A stretch of 64,000 nucleotides of DNA from Bacillota bacterium. GTDB taxonomy: Bacteria; Bacillota; Limnochordia; JAAZLZ01. The stretch lies in the NCBI GenBank assembly GCA_012521755.1, contig JAAYLV010000001.1, positions 2,014 through 66,013 on the forward strand, given 5' to 3'. Made by a program: the position numbers and the translations under genes. A model generated the notes under the pieces. It saw nothing but the letters and a program-made list of their open reading frames with translations. It was not told the origin of the DNA and made no database searches. Below, piece by piece: positions 19,337 through 28,354 of this stretch; position 1 is the first letter of the stretch; every line of letters begins with the position of its first letter.

Positions 19337-19987
19337 GTGAAAAAGCCCTTGATCGGAGCATTGGCAGCAGTACTAATCCTTGCGGGAGCAGCTGGAGCGA
19401 CCACCTTGGGCGGTGGCGTGGGTTGGACAAAGGCAACGGCCGAGCATGGGGAAGAGTCAAGCTTGGAAGAACGGGCCTGGGTTTTCGATGGGAACGTCGA
19501 CTTGGGTCTGCTCAGGCTTGGCGGCAGCTACCTGATGCTGATGGATGAGAAAGAAAATCCCCAGGCCGACTACACCATGTACGCCGGCGGCGTTGAATTG
19601 CGACTCCCCTTAGGGCCTCTGCCTTTGAAGGCTTATGTTGGTGGCGGATACACAGGCGAGGACCTGTCCTTTGGGTCGGCTAAGATCGAAGGGGAGGGCT
19701 TCTTTGTCGGCGGACGGGCCTTAGCTGACTTGGACGGCGTCCTTCTCGAGGGCTACTATCAGCACTCGCCTCGCTTTTCGTGGGTTGAGACAACCGATGG
19801 CGGGGAAGTGGAGGGTGAAGCCGTCATGGCCCGGTACGGTGCCAGTTTGCGATTTCCCGTCCTTTGGCCCCTCAACATCGTCATCGGGTACAAAGGCGGC
19901 ACCCTTGAGCCCGGGGATGATTATCAAGGTGAACTGAAGAAGGTCCAGACCAATGTTTTCACCGCGGGAGGCGCCATTTCTTTCTGA
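19337..19987 (+). CDS. Secreted beta-barrel-like protein (OmpW/porin-like; C-terminal ...GGAISF)
   Basis: Signal peptide, then alternating hydrophobic/polar beta-strand dyads (KAYVGGGYTG, NIVIGYKGGT, NVFTAGGAISF) and a C-terminal Phe. Confidence 0.4.
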   Translation: MKKPLIGALAAVLILAGAAGATTLGGGVGWTKATAEHGEESSLEERAWVFDGNVDLGLLRLGGSYLMLMDEKENPQADYTMYAGGVELRLPLGPLPLKAYVGGGYTGEDLSFGSAKIEGEGFFVGGRALADLDGVLLEGYYQHSPRFSWVETTDGGEVEGEAVMARYGASLRFPVLWPLNIVIGYKGGTLEPGDDYQGELKKVQTNVFTAGGAISF

Positions 19988-20012
19988 CAAGGCTTAATCG
20001 GTGATTTGTACG

Positions 20013-20056
20013 AGTGCAGGCGGGAAGGCGCTGGTGGCTTTCCCGCCTGCACCTGT
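20013..20056 (+). terminator. Rho-independent terminator
   Basis: gtgcaggcgggaaggcgctggtggctttcccgcctgcac followed by ctgtattt. Confidence 0.55.
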
Positions 20057-20130
20057 ATTTAGGGGAGGAACTGTTGAACCCCGATAATTGGAGGGATAGG
20101 TATTTGTAGAGCTAACACTTTTTATAGAAG

Positions 20131-20159
20131 TTGACATAATTGATCGGCGTATCTACAAC
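20131..20159 (+). promoter_or_regulatory. Candidate sigma-A (Pv-like) promoter of spo0A: TTGACA-17-TACAAC
   Basis: Hexamers read from the sequence. Confidence 0.3.
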
Positions 20160-20162
20160 ATC

Positions 20163-20202
20163 TCGACAGTATTGGCAGGAATTGTGCTGAAAAGTGCCGA
20201 AT
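20163..20202 (+). promoter_or_regulatory. Candidate 0A box (TGTCGAg on the minus strand) plus sigma-H (Ps-like) promoter GCAGGAATT-12-GCCGAAT upstream of spo0A
   Basis: Matches the sigma-H consensus RNAGGAWWW-n11/12-RNNGAAT. The 0A-box-like heptamer sits immediately upstream, as in B. subtilis spo0A. Confidence 0.4.
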
Positions 20203-20251
20203 ATGATCCCAGAAGGCCCATGGGAGAGAATCTTACCCAGAAGGTGATCCA

Positions 20252-21013
20252 ATGCCGACAAGGTTGCTGGTGGCGGACGATGATCGGGGATTTTGTCAGC
20301 AGATAGCTGAGGCTATTGCCTCCGATCCTAAGTTGGAGCTCCTCGCTATTGTCCATGATGGCAAGAGCGTCTTGGAAGTGCTCCACAGGGAAACGCCGGA
20401 TGTTTTGCTATTAGACCTGGTTATGCCCGAGCTAGATGGAATCGGCGTCCTCGAGGAGATTCAAAGGGATCGTCGAGAGTTGAGGATTCTCGTCATGTCC
20501 GTGTTTGGCCAAGAAGAGATCCTGAGCCGAGTGCTTTCCCTTGGAGCTGACTACTTCATGGTGAAGCCCTTTGATGTCAAGCTGCTTTTGCAGCGAGCCA
20601 AAGAATTGACCCAGGGATCGCGGTTTTATGATGGTCAAGCTTATAATCGTAAGAGCAATCACTTGGAGGCGGAGATCGTTCGGCAGTTGATCCAGTGCGG
20701 CGTACCTGCCCACTATAAGGGCTATGCTTACCTTAAAGAAGGAATCATGCGGGTCATTCAAGACGGGAGCCTGATCAACCGCGTGACCAAGGATCTTTAT
20801 CCGAGCATAGCGCGGGAGTTTAATACCACTGCGGAAAAGGTGGAAAGGGCCATTCGCCACGCGATCGAGACGGCCTACGTACGGGGAAACATCGAGTTTC
20901 TCAACGAAGTCTTTGCCTACACCGTTGACTCCCAAAAGGGCAAACCGACCAATTCTTCCTTTATCGCCACGTTAGCCGACAGAATTCGACTGGGAATTAA
21001 AGTGGCGGAATGA
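20252..21013 (+). CDS. spo0A: Sporulation master regulator Spo0A
   Basis: Receiver domain (LLVADDD..., LLLDLVMPELDG) and the Spo0A-specific C-terminal domain (RVERAIRHAIE..., NSSFIATLADRIRLG). Confidence 0.95.
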   Translation: MPTRLLVADDDRGFCQQIAEAIASDPKLELLAIVHDGKSVLEVLHRETPDVLLLDLVMPELDGIGVLEEIQRDRRELRILVMSVFGQEEILSRVLSLGADYFMVKPFDVKLLLQRAKELTQGSRFYDGQAYNRKSNHLEAEIVRQLIQCGVPAHYKGYAYLKEGIMRVIQDGSLINRVTKDLYPSIAREFNTTAEKVERAIRHAIETAYVRGNIEFLNEVFAYTVDSQKGKPTNSSFIATLADRIRLGIKVAE

Positions 21014-21088
21014 CGGGTGAACCATCGCGGCATACTATCGCTAGAAGGGGCCGGCATGGCCCCTTTAGCGCGTTATGGAGGTGCTTCG

Positions 21089-22210
21089 ATGGCCATCCGG
21101 GGTATTGCCAGGGTGGACAAGAGGACCAAAGGCCTGGTGAAACGTCTCCAGCCTGGGGAGATCGCGGTGATCGCCCATCGGGATATCGACGAGGTGGCTG
21201 CGGAAAGCCTGATCCGCTGTGGAGTCAGGGCCGTCGTCAATGGCGATGAGTCGATCACGGGTCGCTACCCCAACCCTGGTCCCTTGCATCTGTTGCGGGC
21301 AGGCATCCCGGTCTTGGATAAGGTGGGACTCTCGGCCATCGAGGCCATCAAGGATGGCGACAGCGTAGAAATCCGTGACAACCGACTCTTGGTGGGGGGC
21401 CGGGTGGTTGGCCTTGGGCAGATGCTATCCCTAGACATGGTAATGGAAAAGATGGCCATGGGCCGCAGGAATTTGCAGGAAGAGCTGCGACGATTCGCCG
21501 CGAATACCCTCGTTTATGCTTGGAAGGAAAAAGATGCGATCTTAGGGCGGATTCCGCTGCCGCCCATCAAGACTTCTTTGCAGGGAAAGCACGCCCTTAT
21601 TGTCGTCAGAGGGGCGCGGGCAAAGGAGGACCTAATAGCTATTCGTTCGTACATCGACGAGGTTGAGCCCGTCCTCATTGGGGTGGATGGGGGCTCCGAC
21701 ATCTTGGTGGAACTTGGCTATCGGCCCCATTTGATCGTAGGTGACATGGATAGCGTCAGCGACACCACCCTAAGGAAAGGAGCGGAGCTGGTGGTCCATG
21801 CTTATCCCGATGGGCGGGCTCCGGGGCTGCGCCGCATACAAGAACAAGGACTTAAGGCCCACGTACTGCCCCTTCCCGGCACAAGCGAAGATGTCGCGAT
21901 GCTCCTTGCTTACGAAAAAGGAGCTGCTTTAATCGTTACGGTGGGGAGCCATTCGAATATGATCGACTTCCTCGAGAAAGGGCGGCGGGGGATGGCCAGC
22001 ACTCTCCTGGTAAGACTGAAGGTGGGGGAAATCTTAGTGGATGCTAAGGGAGTCAGCAAGCTTTACCGGGGACGGCCCCGCATTGGATATGTCTTCTCCC
22101 TTGGCTTGGCAGCTTGTGTTCCGGTGATGATCCTCCTGTTGCTATCGGATTCTCTGCGCCAAGTTGGGCGCTTCCTGCTTCTGGTGCTGAGGGTAATGCT
22201 TGCCAGGTAG
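21089..22210 (+). CDS. steA: SteA-like putative cytokinetic ring protein (thiamine-pyrophosphokinase-like domain); longest ORF from 21017
   Basis: N-terminal ARVDKRTKGLVKRLQPGEIAVIAHRDID, TPK-like HLIVGDMDSVSD, C-terminal membrane-associated helix. ATG 21089 has a GGAGGTG RBS. Confidence 0.55.
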   Translation: MAIRGIARVDKRTKGLVKRLQPGEIAVIAHRDIDEVAAESLIRCGVRAVVNGDESITGRYPNPGPLHLLRAGIPVLDKVGLSAIEAIKDGDSVEIRDNRLLVGGRVVGLGQMLSLDMVMEKMAMGRRNLQEELRRFAANTLVYAWKEKDAILGRIPLPPIKTSLQGKHALIVVRGARAKEDLIAIRSYIDEVEPVLIGVDGGSDILVELGYRPHLIVGDMDSVSDTTLRKGAELVVHAYPDGRAPGLRRIQEQGLKAHVLPLPGTSEDVAMLLAYEKGAALIVTVGSHSNMIDFLEKGRRGMASTLLVRLKVGEILVDAKGVSKLYRGRPRIGYVFSLGLAACVPVMILLLLSDSLRQVGRFLLLVLRVMLAR

Positions 22211-22222
22211 AGGAGGGGGGCC

Positions 22223-22957
22223 TTGCTAATTGATCTACGCTACCATTTGGGGTCACTAGTGGCGGTCTTCTTAGCCTTAGGCATCGGCATTCTGATCGGC
22301 TACAGCCTATTTGGCCAGGAAGGCTTTCTGGATAAGCAGCAGCAACAGCTTGTGGACGAACTGGAAGTCCGTTTCCTTCGGCTAAAGGACGAACGGGAAC
22401 AACTGGAGGCCAATCTGGCTAGGCTGGCCCAGGAACTAGAACGAGACCGGGATCTGGTTCGGTCCATCCAGCCCCTTCTCATTAAGGACAGGTTGGCAGG
22501 GAGAAATATACTGCTGGTGGTGACTGGAACCGCGGCAGATAAAGACTGCATCGCACAGGTTGCGGCCGGCCTTCGCGAGGCGGGGGCCAACGTTACTGAA
22601 GTCATCCACCCTCGAAAAGAGAAGGGGGAAGAAAGCATCGTGGACTTGGTTGCCCCTGGCACAGATCCCCAAGCTCGTCAATCAGTTGATGGGGTGGTGT
22701 TGATAGGTGGAGCCTTGGCGGGGGAGGGGACCTTTCAAGAAATCGATCGGCCCCTCATCGAAGCCCTGTTTCCGAGGCGGATACTAGTAGTTGGCGCTGA
22801 GCCTTTCGGCGCCCCAGTTTCCTACGCAAAGGACTATGAGCGAATGTCCATTCCTATGGTAGATAACGTCGATACCCCGGCGGGACTAATCAGCCTGGTG
22901 TTTTTATTATCGGCCGGAGAAAACTCCGAGGCGGCAGCGGCAATGGGGGTGGGCTAA
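22223..22957 (+). CDS. steB: SteB-like membrane-anchored protein (copper-transporter family annotation in databases)
   Basis: N-terminal TM, long coiled coil, C-terminal alpha/beta domain. Immediately downstream of steA-like. Confidence 0.5.
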   Translation: MLIDLRYHLGSLVAVFLALGIGILIGYSLFGQEGFLDKQQQQLVDELEVRFLRLKDEREQLEANLARLAQELERDRDLVRSIQPLLIKDRLAGRNILLVVTGTAADKDCIAQVAAGLREAGANVTEVIHPRKEKGEESIVDLVAPGTDPQARQSVDGVVLIGGALAGEGTFQEIDRPLIEALFPRRILVVGAEPFGAPVSYAKDYERMSIPMVDNVDTPAGLISLVFLLSAGENSEAAAAMGVG

Positions 22958-22960
22958 GGA

Positions 22961-23629
22961 TTGGTTTCGGTGCTGATGCCGGCCCTCAATGAAGAAGCTA
23001 GGATCGAGGCATCGGTGTCTGCAGCCCTCGCCATCCCCCAGGTCGATGAGGTGATCGTGATCGATGACGGTTCCGTCGACGAAACGGGGGACCTGGCAGC
23101 AAAGGCGGGGGCCGAGGTCATTCGTCTCCAGCGGAATCTGGGGAAGGGAGGGGCCTTGAATGCCGGTTTGAGGCGAGCGCGGGGCGATGTCATCTTGACC
23201 TTGGATGCCGATTTGGGCGTCAGTGCTTTAGAAGGGGCCAAGCTCCTGGCTCCCGTCCTTGCTGGACAGGCCCACATGACGGTGGGGGTCTTTCCCCGAT
23301 TGGGGAAGGGAGGCGGCTTTGGCCTCGCCAAGGGCCTGGCAAAACGGGGGATCTTGCTGTTGACCGGCCAGCAGCTGCGCGAACCCCTATCGGGTCAACG
23401 GTGCCTACTGCGGGAGATATTGGACCGATGCAACGGATTTGCCGCGGGGTTTGGTGCAGAGGTGGGGCTGACCATCGATGCTCTGCGGCTGGGATACCGG
23501 GTGTTGGAGGTGGAAGTAAACATGGACCATGCGCGCACTGGCCGGAATCTGACCGGCTTTCGCCACCGGGGCCGGCAGTTCTGGCATATCTTCTTGGCTT
23601 TGGCCGCCCGCGTTGGTGATCGGATGTGA
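22961..23629 (+). CDS. Family 2 glycosyltransferase (dolichyl/polyprenyl-phosphate sugar synthase-like)
   Basis: SVLMPALNEE...VIVIDDGSVD..., TLDADLG. Confidence 0.75.
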   Translation: MVSVLMPALNEEARIEASVSAALAIPQVDEVIVIDDGSVDETGDLAAKAGAEVIRLQRNLGKGGALNAGLRRARGDVILTLDADLGVSALEGAKLLAPVLAGQAHMTVGVFPRLGKGGGFGLAKGLAKRGILLLTGQQLREPLSGQRCLLREILDRCNGFAAGFGAEVGLTIDALRLGYRVLEVEVNMDHARTGRNLTGFRHRGRQFWHIFLALAARVGDRM

Positions 23630-24426
23630 TCCTGGCGGTCATGCTCCTTGGGGCCCTTGGGACGCTTTGGCCTCTAAGAGGCCTTGCGGAATTGGCCCGG
23701 GAAGGATTTCTTCGCCGGGCCAACTTTCGCGGTGAGCTCGTCCCGACGGGGATGGGAGTCTCCTTCTTGCTTGGCTCCTCCCTTGGTCTCGTCGGGGGCC
23801 TTTGGCTGGGCGTCTATGGAATCCAGGATGCGCTCCTCTTAACCACTGTGTTGTTTGGCTTTGGCTTTTTGGGCCTAGTCGACGATCTTTGGGGCGATCA
23901 TGCCCATCGCGGCCTTGGGGGCCATCTTCGCGTCGCCTTGCAGGGGAAGGTCAGCACGGGGCTTTTGAAAGCCGTTTACGGTGGCCTTTTAGCCCTAGGA
24001 GCAGCGCTGTTCAGCGGGGGTAAAGAAGGGCTCTTGGTTAACGCCTTGATCATCGCCTTAACGACCAATACCCTAAACCTCTTGGACCTCAGGCCTGGAC
24101 GCTGCGGCAAGGCCTTCCTGCTAGGATCTCTACTCCTCTTTTGCATCGGGGAGACTAGCGCCTTGAGGCAGCTGCTGCCCGTCATCGGCGGAGTCCTCGC
24201 CTACCTCCCGTGGGATATGCGGCGAGTTGTGATGATGGGCGATGCCGGGGCTAATCCCCTAGGAGCCTTGCTGGGCATTGGCATCATCGGTCTTGCAGGG
24301 CCCATGCGGGCCTTTAGCCTCCTGCTGTTGATTGGCATTCACCTCTACAGCGAGAAGTATTCTCTCTCCCGCTTGATTGATGATAATCCGGTATTGCGTT
24401 TCTTGGACAAGCTGGGGTGCGATTAG
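23626..24426 (+). CDS. Short MraY/WecA-family (glycosyltransferase family 4) polyprenyl-phosphate sugar-phosphotransferase-like membrane protein
   Basis: Motifs GLVDDLWG, NTLNLLDLRPG and MGDAGANPLGA. Only 266 aa, shorter than MraY/WecA. Confidence 0.55.
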   Translation: MILAVMLLGALGTLWPLRGLAELAREGFLRRANFRGELVPTGMGVSFLLGSSLGLVGGLWLGVYGIQDALLLTTVLFGFGFLGLVDDLWGDHAHRGLGGHLRVALQGKVSTGLLKAVYGGLLALGAALFSGGKEGLLVNALIIALTTNTLNLLDLRPGRCGKAFLLGSLLLFCIGETSALRQLLPVIGGVLAYLPWDMRRVVMMGDAGANPLGALLGIGIIGLAGPMRAFSLLLLIGIHLYSEKYSLSRLIDDNPVLRFLDKLGCD

Positions 24427-24476
24427 CAGGAAAAAGCCCAAAGAAGGCGAACATCCCCGTAAGGGGGTGAAAAGCG

Positions 24477-25067
24477 TTGCACCGGTTGGTCCTCTTGTTG
24501 CTGTCCATCGGGCTCTTTACCTCGCCGGCAGCTGCGGATGTTGAAGTGTACACCGTCAAGCCGGGGGACACGATCTACGCAGTGGCTCGGATACTGCAGG
24601 TCCATCCCAAGGAAATCATCGCCCTAAACAGCCTCGATGATCCTGATCTGATCGGTGTGGGCATGCAGCTGAAGGTGCCTTCGGGAGCACCGGAGCGCCC
24701 GCCAAGGGAGGTCACCCCCGAGGAGTTGGAATTGATGGCTAAAGTGATCTATGCTGAGGCCCAGGGCGAGCCGGAACTAGGTCAATTAGCGGTGGGAAGG
24801 GTCATCGTCAACCGGCTCCGCGACCCTAGTTTTCCCGATACGATCACTGACGTCATCTACCAGCCGGGCCAATTCCTTCCGGTCGAATCGGGGCTGCCCG
24901 AGACAGTCCCGGCGAAGTTTGTGGAGTTGGCCAAGAGGGCCTTTTCCGAAGAAGACCCAACCTATGGCGCCCTGTTTTTCTACAACCCCCACAAGACCAC
25001 CAGACCCGATTTTTGGGCTACCAGGACCAAGCTGGTCACCATCGGCAATCACGTCTTTGCCCGCTAG
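24477..25067 (+). CDS. LysM-domain cell wall hydrolase, SleB-like (Hydrolase_2)
   Basis: Signal peptide, LysM (YTVKPGDTIYAVARIL), then SleB-type domain (VIYAEAQGEP...GRVIVNRL...PGQF...FFYNP). Confidence 0.8.
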   Translation: MHRLVLLLLSIGLFTSPAAADVEVYTVKPGDTIYAVARILQVHPKEIIALNSLDDPDLIGVGMQLKVPSGAPERPPREVTPEELELMAKVIYAEAQGEPELGQLAVGRVIVNRLRDPSFPDTITDVIYQPGQFLPVESGLPETVPAKFVELAKRAFSEEDPTYGALFFYNPHKTTRPDFWATRTKLVTIGNHVFAR

Positions 25068-25110
25068 CATACCATCAAACCTCCTAGCATAGGAATGAGG
25101 AGAAAGCCCT

Positions 25111-25914
25111 GTGCAGGGGGTGTTTTCATTGGTCATCGTCATCAGGACTCGCCTACAGCTGCTGGCTGGTTTCCTGGCCCTGGCCGTCCTAGTCAGTTTG
25201 CTGCAGTTCGTCGGCGGTCAGGCGGTGAAGACAGTCAGCGGGCTCCTTGCCCGTCAGGTCCCTATCTACCAGGTGGAAGTGCCCGACAAGAAAGTCGCCA
25301 TATCATTCGACGCCATGTGGGGTACAGAGCGAACTGACCGGCTGCTGGCAGTGCTGCGGCGCCATGGTGTGAAGACTACTTTTTTCCTGGCCGGTTATTG
25401 GCTGCAAAAAAACCCTGAGTATGTGCGGAAGATCGCCGCTGAAGGCCATGAGATAGGCAATCACAGCTACACCCACCCCCATATGGCCAACCTCAATGCC
25501 AGTCAAATTCGCGAAGAGCTGGAAAAGACCCACGCCTTGATTAAGCAATTGACCAATCAGGACAGCTTCTTGTTTCGCCCTCCCTTTGGCGAGTACAACG
25601 ATCGGGTGATCGAAGTGGCAGCGGAGTTGGGGTATTATACGATCCAATGGTCCCTGGATTCCCTGGACTGGAAAAACGTCAGTAAAGATGACATTGTCCG
25701 TCGGATTATGGAGAGAGTCAAACCGGGGGACATTATCCTCTTTCACAATGATGGCCTCCATACGGCAGCTGCCGTCGATGAGATTCTCACGCGACTGCTC
25801 AGCCAAGGGTATCAAGTGGTCCCCGTCTCCCAGCTGATTTACAAAGAGGGATATTACATTGAGAAACACTCGGGCACCCAGCGGCCCAGCAAGGCCGGGC
25901 GAACACGGCAGTAG
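25111..25914 (+). CDS. Polysaccharide deacetylase (NodB homology), PdaA/PdaB-like
   Basis: N-terminal TM; NodB motifs FDAMWG, TFFLAGYW, HEIGNHSYTH, LFRPPFG. Confidence 0.8.
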   Translation: MQGVFSLVIVIRTRLQLLAGFLALAVLVSLLQFVGGQAVKTVSGLLARQVPIYQVEVPDKKVAISFDAMWGTERTDRLLAVLRRHGVKTTFFLAGYWLQKNPEYVRKIAAEGHEIGNHSYTHPHMANLNASQIREELEKTHALIKQLTNQDSFLFRPPFGEYNDRVIEVAAELGYYTIQWSLDSLDWKNVSKDDIVRRIMERVKPGDIILFHNDGLHTAAAVDEILTRLLSQGYQVVPVSQLIYKEGYYIEKHSGTQRPSKAGRTRQ

Positions 25915-25931
25915 AGCAAGGAGGTGAGAGG

Positions 25932-26912
25932 ATGTTTTCCCTTGTCATCACCCGGAGGATGATCCGTCGGGGTGGGTTCATTATCGGCTTGATCCTCCTT
26001 TGGGCCGTTGGGCCTGGGCTTTGGCAGCTGGGCTGCCGCTACGTGTGCGGTGTACGCCCGGGCGTTACCCTCGAGGGTCGGCCCATCGGGGGACTGCTGG
26101 AAGATGAGCTGTATCGGGAGGTAGCGATGATCGCTGAGGAGTACGTTACTCTTCCGCAGGATGCCTACTATGATGAGCATACGGGGGAGCTTCATGATGA
26201 AGTGGTGGGGACCTGGGTCGATGTGGGAGCCACCGTTGCCAAGATCTTGTCGGCCTCCCCGGGGGAGCGGGTTCAGCTGGTCGTCCAGGATATCCTGCCC
26301 ACCATCAGGCGCAGTCTTTTCGAACCTGTCTACCGCGGCAACCCGGAACGCCCCTACGCCAGCTTTGCGGTGAACGTTGACTGGGGGGAGGAAATCTTGC
26401 CGGCGATGCTTGATGTGCTCGACAAATACCAGGTAGTCGCGACTTTTTTCTTAACGGGTCGCTGGGCGCAGGCGAACCCGGCCCTGGCCCGGATGATTGC
26501 CAGCCGGGGGCATGAGATAGGCAACCACGGCTACTGGCATGCCCATCCTAGCCGCCTGTCGGCCAAGGATCTAGAAAAGCTCATCGTCGACAATGAAGTC
26601 CTTCTCGATGAATTGACGGGCCAATCCAACAAGCTTTTTGCCCCGCCCTACGGCGAATTCAATGAACGGGTTCTCGCCACCGCGGCTTCCCTTGGTTACA
26701 GGACGATTTTATGGTCCCTCGATACCCGCGACTGGCAGGATCCCTCACCCCAGGAGATCATCGACCGCATAGTGCCCAAGGCAGAAAACGGCAGCATTAT
26801 CCTTATGCATCCGAAGGCCAATACTGTCAAAGCTTTGCCCAAGTTGATTGAGGGGCTGCGGGCGAAAAGTCTCCGACTAGTCCCCGTCGGGGAGCTCCTT
26901 TGGCATGACTAG
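25932..26912 (+). CDS. Polysaccharide deacetylase family sporulation protein (YlxY-like)
   Basis: N-terminal TM plus extra domain; NodB motifs ATFFLTGRW, HEIGNHGYWH. Sits where ylxY lies upstream of mlpA in Bacillus. Confidence 0.75.
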   Translation: MFSLVITRRMIRRGGFIIGLILLWAVGPGLWQLGCRYVCGVRPGVTLEGRPIGGLLEDELYREVAMIAEEYVTLPQDAYYDEHTGELHDEVVGTWVDVGATVAKILSASPGERVQLVVQDILPTIRRSLFEPVYRGNPERPYASFAVNVDWGEEILPAMLDVLDKYQVVATFFLTGRWAQANPALARMIASRGHEIGNHGYWHAHPSRLSAKDLEKLIVDNEVLLDELTGQSNKLFAPPYGEFNERVLATAASLGYRTILWSLDTRDWQDPSPQEIIDRIVPKAENGSIILMHPKANTVKALPKLIEGLRAKSLRLVPVGELLWHD

Positions 26913-28192
26913 GGCCGCAGACTTCGTCCGATGATGCTCCAGGCGGCCGGGTCTTCAAAGCCGAGCCGCCAGAGGGCAATTCCCGCTAAGTCGTACTTGT
27001 TGACCAGGTACAGTTTATGGGACAGGCTGTAGCGGTCTTCGAAATAGACGACGTGGCGATTGCCCAGATCCGTATAGCTAAAATGGGGGACCTTGTGGAC
27101 GGCATCCCAGTTGACTGGCACGTTTTTCGTCTCGGCGAGGCTCGCGGCTCCTCGCTGGGTTATGGCCTTGCCCGTCCACTGACCGGGGGCAACCTCCTCC
27201 CAGTCATACCCGTACAGGGCGATTCCCAGGTAGAGCTTGCTTCGGGGGACATGCTTGAGGGCATAGGTGATGACATCTTCGACCCAGCCAATGGACGCAA
27301 TGGGGCCAGGGGAGCCATCCCGGTAGTGCTCATCGTAGGTCATCAGCTGAAGCCCGTCCACTATTCTTCCCAGCGTGTTATAGTCATAGGCACCTGTCCA
27401 ACTAGCCTTTGCCGTTTTATCCGTCTTGGCGGGGACGGACATGGTCACGAGCAGTCCCTCAGGCTGCAAGCGATCGGCCAGCTCTTGCATGAAGGCGTTC
27501 AAATTTTCCCGTTGCTGGTGGGGGACGTTTTCGAAATCGATGTTGACGCCGCTGTAACCCCAACGCCTGAGCATCTGATGGATGCTCTCTACGGCCTGCC
27601 GCCGGGCCTGAGGGTTTGCCAGAAGCATTCCTACCATGTCGCCGTCGAACTTGTCCCCATGGTAATTATGAATGAGGGCTAGGGTCTGTTTCCCCCGGCT
27701 GCCTGCCAGCTCCAGCACCTTGGCGGGCGTTTTCCCTTGGAGGTTCCCTTCTCCATCGAGCATATAGGCCCAGGGGGCAACGGCCGTCCAATGGTCATTA
27801 GCAACCAGAGATTCATAGCCGGTTTGGCGCAGGTCATCGACGTAGTAGCCGATGACTTGCCGGGGCCGATGGGAGACGGAGCTCCTCATGGGATCGCCCT
27901 TTAGCAGCCAGCCTGCCACCCATCCGACCTCCCGCGTGCTCGTTTGCACCTGGTACCAGCCGTCTTGCTCAGCAATTACCTGGAGTTCTTCACCTTTGGC
28001 GAGGGTCTTCACTGGGGCGTAGGCGCCCCCGGGACCTTCCCGCAGGACTACTTGTTCCCCTCCCACCAGGGCACTTTCACCTACTTCCACCGGGGACGCA
28101 AGTTCGGTTGTGGATTGTCTAGTTCCGAAAAAGCCCGTTAGCGAGAGGAAGATAGTGAGTAGATAAATTAACAAGGCCTGCACAGGTTTCAC
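26909..28192 (-). CDS. SH3b-domain glycoside hydrolase family 18 (YaaH/YdhD-like spore peptidoglycan hydrolase)
   Basis: Signal peptide, SH3b (VVLREGPGGAYAPVKTLAKGEELQVI...GWYQV), GH18 catalytic domain (GVNIDFE). Confidence 0.75.
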   Translation of the reverse strand: MKPVQALLIYLLTIFLSLTGFFGTRQSTTELASPVEVGESALVGGEQVVLREGPGGAYAPVKTLAKGEELQVIAEQDGWYQVQTSTREVGWVAGWLLKGDPMRSSVSHRPRQVIGYYVDDLRQTGYESLVANDHWTAVAPWAYMLDGEGNLQGKTPAKVLELAGSRGKQTLALIHNYHGDKFDGDMVGMLLANPQARRQAVESIHQMLRRWGYSGVNIDFENVPHQQRENLNAFMQELADRLQPEGLLVTMSVPAKTDKTAKASWTGAYDYNTLGRIVDGLQLMTYDEHYRDGSPGPIASIGWVEDVITYALKHVPRSKLYLGIALYGYDWEEVAPGQWTGKAITQRGAASLAETKNVPVNWDAVHKVPHFSYTDLGNRHVVYFEDRYSLSHKLYLVNKYDLAGIALWRLGFEDPAAWSIIGRSLRP

Positions 28193-28285
28193 CCTTCACA
28201 GTTGGCTAGTCGCTCAGTTTTTCCCCGCAGGCGGCCCTAGACCTTCCGGTAAGTTCGGGCAGGACAGGCATTCTCCGGGATTTCG

Positions 28286-28314
28286 TTTACATCCCGTAAG
28301 ATCGAATCTATAAT
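28286..28314 (+). promoter_or_regulatory. Sigma-A-type promoter TTTACA-17-TATAAT for the M16 peptidase gene
   Basis: Near-consensus hexamers with 17-nt spacing. Confidence 0.45.
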
Positions 28315-28354
28315 AAAGGGGATATTGTGTTGGGCGGTGGGGGAGGTAGACTGC

